From Rhodothermales bacterium (lineage in GTDB: Bacteria; Bacteroidota; Rhodothermia; Rhodothermales; JANQRZ01): 64,000 bases of DNA. Positions 29,201 to 37,798 of this stretch are shown here, one piece after another. The stretch spans positions 143,950 to 207,949 of the forward strand of contig CBDCBW010000012.1 in the NCBI GenBank assembly GCA_965214485.1, written 5' to 3'. Position 1 is the first letter of the stretch, and each line of letters opens with the position of its first letter. Both the position numbers and the translations under genes were made by a program. The notes under the pieces are model-generated. The model ran no database searches and had not been told where the DNA came from. It saw only the letters and a program-made list of their open reading frames with translations.

Positions 29201-29850
29201 GCCGGTACCCCTTCGACCCGGACAGCCGGCAGGACGCCCCGCTCAACGACTTCGAGGAGTTCTTCCGCCCCGGCGACGGGACCTTTGCCGTGTTCTACGA
29301 CGAGGTGCTCGCGCCGTTTTTGACGCGCGAGGGCAGGCCGCGCGCGTGGGGGGGGCGCTCCGTCGGCCTCTCGGGCCGGGCCGAGGGCGCGGTCCGCCAA
29401 GCCCGCGACGTCGGCAGTACCCTCTTCAGCGGCGGCACGCTCCGGCTCGAGTTCGAGCTCCAGGCCGAGGTGCCCGCGCGCGACGGCGACGCCCCGACGC
29501 CGAGCCAGGTCTCGGTCTCGGTCCACGGGTCGGGCGACAGCTACGGGATGGGGTCGTTCCGCCCATGGACCCCCCTCGCGTGGCCCGGAAGCCCCGAGGC
29601 GCGCCTTACGCTCTCGACCAACCGGGGCGACCTGACGAAGCAGGCCGAGGGCGACTGGGCGTGGTTCCGGCTCCTCCGGCAGGCCACCGTCCGGCGCGCC
29701 TCGTCGACAGCGTACGAGCTCCGCTGGCCCTTCCAGGAGCGGGGGTACGTGGTCACCGCCCGCTACACGCTCCGCACGCGGAGCACCGCCTTCCCGTACG
29801 ACGACCCGCTCCGCTTCTTCGCCTTCGCCCCACCCGCGACGCTGAACTGA
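26275..29850 (+). CDS. tssM: T6SS membrane subunit TssM (IcmF family)
   Basis: The ORF is 1191 aa. It has N-terminal TM helices, a Walker A PWYLMIGPPGAGKTT, and IcmF-related central and C-terminal domains. ATG 26284 is an alternative start. Confidence 0.95.
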   Translation: MDAMKRLLNVFKSRGFWIGLGLFLLAAAVLLAALVLEWPLVVTGLGLAVALLLAGLLALLRQVKAAQASSGLEQQIFAQAQAQQHTVRADQQAEIARLQADLERAIETLKQSKLGKKGWRPGGGKAALYALPWYLMIGPPGAGKTTAIANSGLNFPVGTDRVRGVGGTRDCDWFFTDQAILLDTAGRYVTEHEDADEWLAFLDILKKHRKERPINGVLVGIALDELIGAAPAEVERHADTVRARIDELVQRLGIRFPIYLLFTKSDLVQGFAEFFGELDRREREAIWGATLAPEASHEAGPGGLFEREFGVLTEALSGVRSRRLRRAMPREERKLVYNFPLQFAALEGTLGAFVGRLFQPNPYQETPVFRGFYFTSGTQEGIPIDRVIRAVEAEFDLPPEMTPLGAETETKSYFIKDLFTQVVVPDQYLGRRTSRAATQRRLARAGASAAALAALALFVVGTSQALVRSTLDLNRARDAAAEAAVVRWDEARPSAADLGRMEALRAEIDRLDGGLPVLQLGLSRRGEVLGPARALYHARARAFAETYTLPELRRRIALAASDSAARAEVRDNLKAYLLVTSEAARLGEAADTSFLRQRLTDVTYAALYEADAPALGRAPEGFDRHLAALVDGLRARRVEPFDREDALVLRTRTQNCEQPSIRNVYERIRSEGSGHVPDVRLADAVTGRFQSMFQTAGGAARVPGFFTQRGWAEFAREAFEAASQDPERDDWVMECTTGPSLAATLEPGELRAQLEDLYFDDYARAWEQFMRSVRYQPAADAATAVAYLETLASATDSPLLHLLARVTEETTFGELPGGAVGERLADAARRGVDRTTRRLTGRGTEAGGGALHPVTQQFAGLHTLRADEGLAGGAADELYQALDALGQVGSALDRVAADPAQAAEFAAGVLGQSGGELSNALRQIQRLRHLSADVRKTLFEEPVFAAWGTILGGAQRHLNERWRDEVREPFERTLAGRYPFDPDSRQDAPLNDFEEFFRPGDGTFAVFYDEVLAPFLTREGRPRAWGGRSVGLSGRAEGAVRQARDVGSTLFSGGTLRLEFELQAEVPARDGDAPTPSQVSVSVHGSGDSYGMGSFRPWTPLAWPGSPEARLTLSTNRGDLTKQAEGDWAWFRLLRQATVRRASSTAYELRWPFQERGYVVTARYTLRTRSTAFPYDDPLRFFAFAPPATLN

Positions 29851-30000
29851 GGACGAGAGGGACGAGCGAAACCGACAACTGGCGAGGCCGTGGGCTTTCG
29901 CGCCCGTAGGGGCGATCCCACGGGAGCGCCCGGTTCGAGGAGGGCCACCCCGTCCCCGCCCCGCCGTCCACCGCCTCGCCGCCTACTGTTCCCTAAGCCT

Positions 30001-30954
30001 ATGCAGGCCGTCTCCCCCGGTGCCGCGTGCTTCGGCAAGCTCCCGACGCACGGCGACTTCGTCCGCCACCACGCGGGCGGGCGGGCGATGCGGACCTTCG
30101 ACGAGTGGGTGCAGCGGGGCCTCCGGCTCGCCGCCGCTTCGGCCGGCGGCGAGGCCGAGCCGGGCGGCGGGGCGTTCTGCTTCTTCGCCGACGTGCCCGG
30201 CGCGCCCCACGCCCTAGCCGGGGCGCTTCGCCCGAGCCGCGACCGGACGGGCCGCCGCTACCCGTTCCTCGTCGCCGTCGAGGTCGAGAAGCGGCAGGTC
30301 GAGGGGCGGCGGATTCCGTCGTGGCCGGTGCGCTACCACGCCTTCTACGAGGCCGCCGCCGCGCTCGTGGACGATGCCGTGGCGGACCGCCTCGCCCAGG
30401 GCGAGCTCGCCGCGCGGCTCCGGAGGCTCGGCTCGGTCTACGCCGCCACGCCGTTCCCGGTCGACTACGAGTTCCGGCTCCGGCAGGTCCCGGCCTGCAC
30501 CCTCTGGGCGCGGACGTGGGGCGACCCCGACGACGGGCGGAAGTACGTCCTCCTAAAGAACCTCACCGAGGTCCTCGGCGAGATGCGGGACCGCCGGGCG
30601 CGGCGGCTCCCCACCGCGCTGCGGCTCCCCCTCCCCGCCGCGCCCGACGCGCTCGACGCGAGCTTCTGGCTCGAGACCTGCTGGCACCTCCTCGGCACCA
30701 CGCCGGACCAGCCCGTGCTCTTCTGGCGGCTCGCGGGCGAGGCCGACCGGCAGGTCCTCCTCGCCACGGCACCGCCGCCGCCGGAGCTGTTCTCCGGCGG
30801 GCTCGCCGCCGCCTCCGAGGACGTGCTCGCGCTCGACGACGCGCGCGGGCAGCCGACGGTCCACGCCGCGCTCTCGCTCCCGGCGCAGGTCGGGCACCTC
30901 ATCGAGAGCGACACGGTGACCCTTCTCGACTTCATTCGCCGTATCGGTCCATAG
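30001..30954 (+). CDS. tagF: T6SS-associated protein TagF
   Basis: ATG 30001 opens MQAVSPGAACFGKLPTHGDFVRHHAGG, the TagF N-terminal motif (GK-P-GDF). Confidence 0.85.
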   Translation: MQAVSPGAACFGKLPTHGDFVRHHAGGRAMRTFDEWVQRGLRLAAASAGGEAEPGGGAFCFFADVPGAPHALAGALRPSRDRTGRRYPFLVAVEVEKRQVEGRRIPSWPVRYHAFYEAAAALVDDAVADRLAQGELAARLRRLGSVYAATPFPVDYEFRLRQVPACTLWARTWGDPDDGRKYVLLKNLTEVLGEMRDRRARRLPTALRLPLPAAPDALDASFWLETCWHLLGTTPDQPVLFWRLAGEADRQVLLATAPPPPELFSGGLAAASEDVLALDDARGQPTVHAALSLPAQVGHLIESDTVTLLDFIRRIGP

Positions 30955-30956
30955 AG

Positions 30957-31033
30957 CCGCACCGGTTCACCCGCACCGGTTCACAGAGAGGCTCCACAGA
31001 GAGGCTCCACAGAGAGGCTCCACAGAGAGGCTC
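30957..31033. repeat. two adjacent tandem repeats in the tagF-tssA spacer, 14 bp x2 (CCGCACCGGTTCAC) and 13 bp x3.8 (AGAGAGGCTCCAC)
   Basis: The 14-bp copies lie at 30957-30970 and 30971-30984. The 13-bp copies lie at 30985-30997, 30998-31010 and 31011-31023, with a partial copy at 31024-31033. The array ends 4 nt before the tssA ATG. Confidence 0.95.
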
Positions 31034-31037
31034 TCGA

Positions 31038-32603
31038 ATGCCGCTCCCCGCCGCCATGCCCGACGCCACCGAAGCCCAAAACCTCTCGCCGCTGCTCCAA
31101 GCCGTCCGCGCGCCGATCTCCGAGGCCAACCCCGTCGGCGAGGACGTGACCTACGAGGACAGCTTCCAGCAGCTCAAGGCCGAGGTAGACAAGCTCCAGA
31201 GCGCGAACGCCGACGCCGACTTCGAGCGCATCGTCGCGCTCGGGCGGCGCGTCCTCGCCGAGCAGTCGAAGGACCTCACGGCAGCGGCGTATCTCAGCGT
31301 TGGTCTCGTCCGCACCGGGGGCGTCGCGGGCGTGGCCGAGAGCGTGGACGCGGCGCGCCTGCTCTGCGAGACCTACTGGGACGACCTCTACCCGCCCGTC
31401 CGGCGGATGGCGGCGCGCAAGAACGCGCTCCAGCTCCTCATCGACCGCTCGCACGACTGGCTCGACGCCGCCAAGCCGAAGCGCGGCGACGACGAGGCGC
31501 TCGGGCGCGCGCTCGCCAGCTACAAAGCGCTCCAGGCCCTGGCGATGGAGCAGATGGCCGAGCACGCGCCCGTCGTCAGCAAGATGACGAGCCTCCTCGA
31601 GGCCAAGCTCCGCGCGGTGCCGAAAGCGCCCGCGCCGCCCTCCGGCGACGGGGCCGTCGGCGAGGCCGTTCCGCCCGGTGCCGCCGCCGGAGAGCTTCGC
31701 AGCCCGGCGAATGCGGCCGACGCCGTGGTGGCCGCCGCCGCCTTCCTCCACGGGCACGACAAGACCGACCCCGCGCCGTTCCGCCTCGCCCGCGCGCTCC
31801 ACTGGGGCGGCCTCCTCGGCGCGCCGCCCGCCGAGGACGGCCAGACCCTCGTCCCGCCGTTCGTCGGGCAGCGCAAGACCTTCCTCGACGGACTCCTCGA
31901 CCGGGCGCAGTTCGCCGAGCTCGTCAGCGAGGCCGAGGAGACCTTCCGCGAGCAGCCGTTCTGGCTCGACCTCCAGCGCTACGTCGTCACCGGCCTCGAC
32001 GCGCTCGGCGCGCCGCTGGCTCCGGCGCGCGACGGGGTCGTCGAAGACCTCGTCGGCCTCGTCCGCCGCTTCCCGGACCTCCCGGCGCTGGCCTTCAACG
32101 ACGGCACCCCGTTCGCCGACGCCGCGACGCGCGAGTGGATCGAGGTCCGCATCCGCCCCGCGCTCGGCGGCGGCGAGGCCGAGCCCGTGCCGCCCTCCGG
32201 CGAGGCCACCGCCCTCGACGTCGCCTACGCCGAGGCTCGGACGCGCCTCGCCTCGGGCGACCTCGACGCCGCCATCGCCGCCCTCACCGAGGCCGCCGAT
32301 GCGGCCGGCCGCGACCGCTTCCGGCGGCGGTTCTACCTGGCCTCGCTGTGCCTGCGCGGCGGCCGGCCCGCCGTCGCCCGCCCGGTCCTCGAAGCGCTCG
32401 ACGCCGAGATCGCCGCGCACCGGCTCGACGCGTGGGACCCGGGGCTCGCGCTCGAAGTGTGGACCGCCCTCCACGGGTGCTACACCGCGCTCCGGCGCTC
32501 GTCCGACGACCCTGCCCTCGCCCTCGCTGCCGAGCGCGTCTTCGGCAAGGTCTGCGCGGCGGCACCGGGCCGCGCGCTCGCCCTCGCCGCCGGGACGGCG
32601 TAG
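31038..32603 (+). CDS. tssA: T6SS protein TssA (ImpA N-terminal domain)
   Basis: The product opens MPLPAAMPDATEAQNLSPLLQAVRAPISEANPVGEDVTYEDSFQQLKAEVDKL, an ImpA_N signature. It is 521 aa. Confidence 0.85.
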   Translation: MPLPAAMPDATEAQNLSPLLQAVRAPISEANPVGEDVTYEDSFQQLKAEVDKLQSANADADFERIVALGRRVLAEQSKDLTAAAYLSVGLVRTGGVAGVAESVDAARLLCETYWDDLYPPVRRMAARKNALQLLIDRSHDWLDAAKPKRGDDEALGRALASYKALQALAMEQMAEHAPVVSKMTSLLEAKLRAVPKAPAPPSGDGAVGEAVPPGAAAGELRSPANAADAVVAAAAFLHGHDKTDPAPFRLARALHWGGLLGAPPAEDGQTLVPPFVGQRKTFLDGLLDRAQFAELVSEAEETFREQPFWLDLQRYVVTGLDALGAPLAPARDGVVEDLVGLVRRFPDLPALAFNDGTPFADAATREWIEVRIRPALGGGEAEPVPPSGEATALDVAYAEARTRLASGDLDAAIAALTEAADAAGRDRFRRRFYLASLCLRGGRPAVARPVLEALDAEIAAHRLDAWDPGLALEVWTALHGCYTALRRSSDDPALALAAERVFGKVCAAAPGRALALAAGTA

Positions 32604-32693
32604 GCCCAGGCCGGGCCGATTTAACCCCCTCCACTTTCAGCCTTTTACCCTACCTTCCTGAACCCCTCACCCATCCCCAACCGAGGCACCCTC

Positions 32694-33215
32694 ATGGCTC
32701 AAAGTTTTCAGCGCGAAAAACCACCCGCCCGCATCAACCTCTTCCTGGAAGTCGAGAAAGGCGGGGCCCAGCAGAAGCTCGAGCTCCCGATGCGGCTCCT
32801 CGTCATGGGCGACTACAAAGGCCGCCCGGACGACACGCCGCTCGCCGAGCGCGAGCTGATCAACCTCAACAAGGACAACTTCGAGGACGTCCTCAAGTCG
32901 ATGGACGTCAAGCTCGAATACACCGTCCCGGACGCGCTCTCCGGCGGCGAAGACGAGGAGATGAAGGTCGAGCTCGACATCAAGTCGATGAAGTCCTTCA
33001 GCCCCGAGGAGGTCGCCAAGCAGGTCCCGCAGCTCAACCGGATGCTCGCCATGCGGAACCTCCTCCAAGACCTCCGCAACCGCGTCGTCTCGGCCAACGA
33101 CTTCCGCAAGCAGCTCGAAGGCATCGTCAAGGACGAGGACGCCCTCGCCGCGCTCGCCGCCGAGCTCGACCAGTTCGTCCAGGCCGACGACGCCGACGGC
33201 GAACCCGAAGGCTGA
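32694..33215 (+). CDS. tssB: T6SS sheath small subunit TssB (VipA)
   Basis: The signature is PPARINLFLEVEKGGAQQKLELPMRLLVMGDYKG...FSPEEVAKQVPQLNRMLAMRNLL. Confidence 0.95.
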   Translation: MAQSFQREKPPARINLFLEVEKGGAQQKLELPMRLLVMGDYKGRPDDTPLAERELINLNKDNFEDVLKSMDVKLEYTVPDALSGGEDEEMKVELDIKSMKSFSPEEVAKQVPQLNRMLAMRNLLQDLRNRVVSANDFRKQLEGIVKDEDALAALAAELDQFVQADDADGEPEG

Positions 33216-33258
33216 CCCCCGCCCCTCCGACCCTTCCCGACCCTAGACTCCCGAAATC

Positions 33259-34788
33259 ATGGCTGAGACCCAACAAGCCGGGGCCGCCGCGGCCGCCGCG
33301 ACTGAAGAGAAAGGCAGCATCCTCGATTCCATCTTCCAGCAGGTCGCCGTCGCCGCGCCCGAGAGCGCCGTCCACGTCGGCGAGTTCGACGACGTGACGG
33401 CGAATGCCGACAAGCCGCGCGGGGCCGTCGTCGCCGCCGCGCTCCGCGTCTTCGTCGACGCCGTCAACGACCTCGAAAGCCCGGTCGAGAAGGTCGACAA
33501 AGAGCTCATCGACTCGATGGTCGCGCAGCTCGACCACAAGCTCTCCCAGCAGCTCGACGCGATCATGCACCACGAAGCGTTCCAGGAGAGCGAGTCCTCG
33601 TGGCGCAGCCTGAAGTTCCTCGTCGACCGGACGGACTTCCGCAAGAACGTCAAGGTCGAGGTCGTCAACTGCTCGAAAGAGGACCTCTTGGAGTCGTTCG
33701 AGGACGCGCCCGAGCTGATCCAGTCGGCGCTCTACAAGCACGTCTACACGAACGCCTACGACCAGCCCGGCGCGGACCCCTACAGCGCGATCGTCACGAA
33801 CTACGAGTTCAGGAACACGCCGCAGGACGTGGCCCTCATGCAGCAGGCGTCGAAGGTCGCCGCCGCGGCGCTCTGCCCGTTCGTCGCGTCGGTCGGGCAC
33901 GAGTTCTTCGGCAAGCCCTCGATGGAGGAGTGGAAGAAAATCCCCGACGTCTCGGCGCACATGGAGACCGTCGACTTCGTCAAGTGGAACGCATTCCGCG
34001 AGAGCCCGGACTCGCGCTACCTCGCCCTCACGTTCCCGCGCTTCATGCTCCGCCTGCCCTACGGCGAGGACACGGTGCCGGTCAAGAACTTCAACTACAA
34101 CGAGGACGTCACCGGGGCCGACCACGAGCGCTACCTGTGGGGCAACGCCTCGTTCGCCTTCGCCGGGAACATGGTCGAGGCGTTCGTGCGCGACGGGTGG
34201 AGCGTCCAGATCCGCGGCCCGCAGTCCGGCGGCAAGGTCTCCGACCTGCCGGTGCACCTCTACGACGTGGGCAAGGGCAAGCAGATGAAAATCCCGACCG
34301 AGGTCCCGATCTCGGAGACGCTCGAGTTCGAGTGCGCGAACCTCGGCTTCGTCCCGCTCTCGATCTACGAGGGCAAGGACTTCGCCTGCTTCTTCTCGGC
34401 CAACTCGTCCCAGAAACCGACGCTCTACGACGAGCCTGAGGCGACGGCCAACAGCCGCATCAACGCTCGGCTGCCGTACATCATGCTCGGCTCCCGCATT
34501 GCGCACTACCTCAAGGTGCTCCAGCGCGAAAACATCGGCGCGACGAAGGACGCCGGCCGGATCGAGGAGGAGCTCAACAAGTGGATCAACGGCCTGGTCA
34601 CCAAGATGCCGAACCCGACCGAGGACATGATCGCCAAGTACCCGCTGCGCAGCGGCCAGGTGACCGTCCAGGACCTCGACGACAACCCCGGCTTCTACCG
34701 CGTCCAGATGGCGATCATGCCGCACTTCCAGATCGAGGGCATGGACATCAACCTCTCGATGGTCAGCAAGATGCCGAAGGCGAAGTAG
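33259..34788 (+). CDS. tssC: T6SS sheath large subunit TssC (VipB)
   Basis: The 509-aa product contains SESSWRSLKFLVDR, LTFPRFMLRLPYG and the C-terminal FYRVQMAIMPHFQIEGMDI. Confidence 0.97.
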   Translation: MAETQQAGAAAAAATEEKGSILDSIFQQVAVAAPESAVHVGEFDDVTANADKPRGAVVAAALRVFVDAVNDLESPVEKVDKELIDSMVAQLDHKLSQQLDAIMHHEAFQESESSWRSLKFLVDRTDFRKNVKVEVVNCSKEDLLESFEDAPELIQSALYKHVYTNAYDQPGADPYSAIVTNYEFRNTPQDVALMQQASKVAAAALCPFVASVGHEFFGKPSMEEWKKIPDVSAHMETVDFVKWNAFRESPDSRYLALTFPRFMLRLPYGEDTVPVKNFNYNEDVTGADHERYLWGNASFAFAGNMVEAFVRDGWSVQIRGPQSGGKVSDLPVHLYDVGKGKQMKIPTEVPISETLEFECANLGFVPLSIYEGKDFACFFSANSSQKPTLYDEPEATANSRINARLPYIMLGSRIAHYLKVLQRENIGATKDAGRIEEELNKWINGLVTKMPNPTEDMIAKYPLRSGQVTVQDLDDNPGFYRVQMAIMPHFQIEGMDINLSMVSKMPKAK

Positions 34789-34809
34789 AGCCTGAAGGCG
34801 TGCGTGGCT

Positions 34810-34866
34810 ACGTGAGGCGTGGCCTCAGGCCCGGCGGCGGGGCCCGGGCTCACGCCTCACGTTTTT
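34810..34866 (+). terminator. intrinsic terminator/attenuator between tssC and hcp
   Basis: A perfect 12-bp stem pairs ACGTGAGGCGTG (34810-34821) with CACGCCTCACGT (34851-34862), with further GC pairing inside. It is followed by the T-run 34862-34866. Confidence 0.55.
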
Positions 34867-35017
34867 GTCACATCCCGTGGTCTGCTTTTTATGCGCTTCC
34901 TGCGTGTCCCCGGGACGGGGAGTTCGCCGTTTCCCCGGTAGACACCCGAAGCACTACCCGCCGGCTTTACGGCTCCGCTTCACCCCACAAACCAACCCCT
35001 GTACGGAGGTATCCGCT

Positions 35018-35491
35018 ATGCCCCTCGAATGTGCCATGACCTACTCCAACAGCATCGTCGGCTCGAACACCAAAGGAGGCCGCGCCGACACGTCGGCGGT
35101 GATCGAGTTCAAGCACGAAGTCTACAGCCCGGTTGACGTGCAGGAAGGCAGCGTCACCGGCAGCCGCGTCCACGGCACCGCCGAGGTCACGAAGGAGATC
35201 GACACGGCCTCGCCGTCGCTCTACCAAGCCTGCTGCACCGGCCAGACCCTCGACGAGATCAAGATCGACTTCTACAAGATCACGCCGGCCGGCAAGGAGG
35301 AGGTCTACTACACGATCACGATGAGCGGGGTCAAGGTTGCCTCCGTCACCGACCACGTGCCGAACACGAAGAACCCGGACTTCGAGAAGATGAACCACCA
35401 GGAGCGGGTTCACTTCCTCTACGAGAAGATCAACTGGAAGCACGCCGACGGCTACGAGTACGAGGACGAGTGGGCCGCGGTGGCGGCCTAG
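35018..35491 (+). CDS. hcp: T6SS tube protein Hcp (TssD)
   Basis: ATG 35018 is preceded by GGAGG 9 nt upstream. The sequence AVIEFKHEVYSPVD...GSRVHGTAEVTKEIDTASPSLYQA...ERVHFLYEKINWKH fits the Hcp pattern. Confidence 0.9.
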   Translation: MPLECAMTYSNSIVGSNTKGGRADTSAVIEFKHEVYSPVDVQEGSVTGSRVHGTAEVTKEIDTASPSLYQACCTGQTLDEIKIDFYKITPAGKEEVYYTITMSGVKVASVTDHVPNTKNPDFEKMNHQERVHFLYEKINWKHADGYEYEDEWAAVAA

Positions 35492-35593
35492 TCCGGCTTC
35501 CGACGCGGGACGCCGCACGGACCGCGGGCACGGCCCCTCGGGGCTTCCCGCCGGCTCGTGCGGCGTTTGGCGTCTCCCCCGACCGAGCGGGTG

Positions 35594-35639
35594 CCCGATG
35601 AACGCGAGCCTCTACGCCCGATGAACGCGAGCCTCTACG
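35594..35639. repeat. perfect 23-bp tandem duplication (CCCGATGAACGCGAGCCTCTACG x2) spanning the tssE start
   Basis: The copies lie at 35594-35616 and 35617-35639, and each contains an ATG (35598 and 35621). Confidence 0.97.
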
Positions 35640-36040
35640 ACGTACTGCGCGGGCGCTTCGGCGACGGCCGCCGGGTCGAAGCCGTGCCGCCGGAGGCGCG
35701 GCGCGAGGTGAGCATCGTCTCGAACCTCGACCGCCTCCTCAACACCCGGCAGGGGGCGCTCGCGCACCTCCCGGCCTACGGCCTGCCGGACCTCTGCGAG
35801 GTCTACCGCGACATGCCCGGCTCGGTCGTCCAACTCAAGCGCGCGGTGGAGGCCGCCGTCGAGGCCTTCGAGCCGCGCCTGCGCCGCGTCCGCGTCGAGC
35901 ACCAATCGACGGACCGCTTCGCGATGCAGCTCGTCTTCCTGCTCACCGCCGAGACGCTCGACGGCAACCGGGTCCGCTTCAAGACGACGTTCTCGTCGGA
36001 AGAGGAGGCCCACGTCTCGCCGGTCGCGAGTCCCCGCTAA
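35621..36040 (+). CDS. tssE: T6SS baseplate subunit TssE (gp25-like)
   Basis: The GPW/gp25 pattern is MNASLYDVLRGRF...VSIVSNLDRLLNTRQGALAHLPAYGLPDL...AVEAFEPRL. Confidence 0.9.
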   Translation: MNASLYDVLRGRFGDGRRVEAVPPEARREVSIVSNLDRLLNTRQGALAHLPAYGLPDLCEVYRDMPGSVVQLKRAVEAAVEAFEPRLRRVRVEHQSTDRFAMQLVFLLTAETLDGNRVRFKTTFSSEEEAHVSPVASPR

Positions 36041-36049
36041 GCACCCGCC

Positions 36050-37798
36050 ATGAGCCAGCGACGCTACTTCGACGAGGAGATGCGCTACCTCCACGAGGCC
36101 GGCAAGGCCTTCGCCGAGGTCCACCCCGAGCAGGCGCGCTACCTCAACGTAGACAGCCTCACCGACCGCGACCCGTACGTCGAGCGGCTCTTCGAGGGCT
36201 TCGCCCTCCTGACGGGCCGCATCCGCGAGCGGCTCGACGACGAGCTGCCGCAGGTCACCGAGGCGCTGGGCGAGCTGCTGTTCCCGCACTTCCTGCGCCC
36301 GGTCCCGTCGCTCTCGCTCGTTGCCTTCCGGGCGAAGCCGGGGCAGGAGGCCACGACGCTGCCGCGCGGGACCGAGGTGCAGAGCGAGCCGGTGGGGGAG
36401 GAGGGGACCGTCTGCCGGTTCGTCACCACGCGCGCCGTCACGGTGCAGCCGCTCGCCCTCCGCGACGTGGCGCTCGAGTGGGCCGCCGACGGGACGTCGA
36501 GCGCGACGCTGTCGTTCGCCCTCGCGCCCGGCGCGGCGTTCGAGCGCCTCGACCTGGGTGCGCTCCGGCTCACCTTCCACGCCGACCCGGCGACGGCGGC
36601 GGCGATGCACTACTTCGTCACGCAGCGCGTCCGCGCCGTCACGGTCGAGAGCGGGGCCGCCGGCCCCGGCGAGGCGTCGCTGCGGCTGCACGGGCAGGAG
36701 TGGCTACGCCCCGGTGGTCTCGAGGTGGACGAGGCACTCTTGCCCGAGGCCGAGCGCGCGCCCTCCGGCCTCCGGCTCCTCCAGGAGTACCTCGCCTTCC
36801 GCCCCAAGTTCTGGTGCGCCGACCTCCTCGGGCTGGACCGCTTCGAGCCGCCGGGCGACACCGCCGCCTTCCGCGTGCGGCTCGACTTCGACCGGAGCTT
36901 TCCCGAGGCGCAGCGCTTCGGGGCCGCCCAGCTCCGCCTCTTCGCGTCCCCGGCCGTGAACCTCTTCGCGCAGGACGCCGAGCCGGTCCGCGTGGACCAC
37001 CGCAGCGCCGAGCACCGGGTGACTGCCGACGTGCGCCGCCGCGCCGGCGTCGAGGTCTACTCGGTCGAAACAGTCACCGGGATCGAGGACATGACCGGGC
37101 GGCGGCACGCCTACCGGCGGCTGCTCTCGCCCGAACGCGCCGAGGGCGGGCGGACCTACACCGCCACCTCCCGGCGCGGCCTCACCGACCGCTACGAGAC
37201 CACGCTCGCGCTCCAGGGCGTCGCCCCGACCGACGGCACGCTGCCCACCGAGACCCTGTCGATCGCCCTCCGCTGCACGAATGGGAGCGCGCCGCGCGAG
37301 CACCTCCGCGAGCGGTCCATCACCCGGTTCGCCTCGAAGAGCATCCAGGGCGTCGAGCTCGAGAACCTCGTCCAGCCGACCCTCATCCGCTACCCGCCGA
37401 CCGACCGGCCGGACTTCTACTGGATGCTGCTCTCGCACTGGTCGTTCAACTACCGCTCGGCGGCGACGCGGGAGGCGCTCGCCGGCACGCTCCGGCTCTA
37501 CGAGTGGAGCGGCTCGGAGAGCGTCCGCCGCCGCATCGACGGCATCCGGGACGTGCGGTGGGCACCGAAGGAGCGCGTCCACCGGGGGGCCGTGCTCCGG
37601 GGCAGCGAGGTCACGGTCGAGCTCGACGAGGCGAAGTTCGCGGACGTGGGCGACGCGGCGCTGCTCGGCCTGGTGCTCAGCCGGTTCTTCGCGTCGTACG
37701 CGACGATCAACTCGTTCGTGCACCTCGCCGTCGTGCTCGTGCCCTCGGGCGAGACGATGCGCTGGGAGCCGGGGCGCGGGGAGCAGCCGCTGCTATGA
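36050..37798 (+). CDS. tssF: T6SS baseplate subunit TssF
   Basis: The 582-aa product starts YFDEEMRYLHEAGKAFAEVHPEQARYL, which is the TssF N-terminal signature. Confidence 0.95.
   Translation: MSQRRYFDEEMRYLHEAGKAFAEVHPEQARYLNVDSLTDRDPYVERLFEGFALLTGRIRERLDDELPQVTEALGELLFPHFLRPVPSLSLVAFRAKPGQEATTLPRGTEVQSEPVGEEGTVCRFVTTRAVTVQPLALRDVALEWAADGTSSATLSFALAPGAAFERLDLGALRLTFHADPATAAAMHYFVTQRVRAVTVESGAAGPGEASLRLHGQEWLRPGGLEVDEALLPEAERAPSGLRLLQEYLAFRPKFWCADLLGLDRFEPPGDTAAFRVRLDFDRSFPEAQRFGAAQLRLFASPAVNLFAQDAEPVRVDHRSAEHRVTADVRRRAGVEVYSVETVTGIEDMTGRRHAYRRLLSPERAEGGRTYTATSRRGLTDRYETTLALQGVAPTDGTLPTETLSIALRCTNGSAPREHLRERSITRFASKSIQGVELENLVQPTLIRYPPTDRPDFYWMLLSHWSFNYRSAATREALAGTLRLYEWSGSESVRRRIDGIRDVRWAPKERVHRGAVLRGSEVTVELDEAKFADVGDAALLGLVLSRFFASYATINSFVHLAVVLVPSGETMRWEPGRGEQPLL

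Noticed and set aside
30957-31033. A possible CRISPR array, given the regular short repeats.
   Set aside because: The units are 13-14 bp and directly abutting, with no spacers, and no cas genes are nearby. This is a simple tandem repeat.
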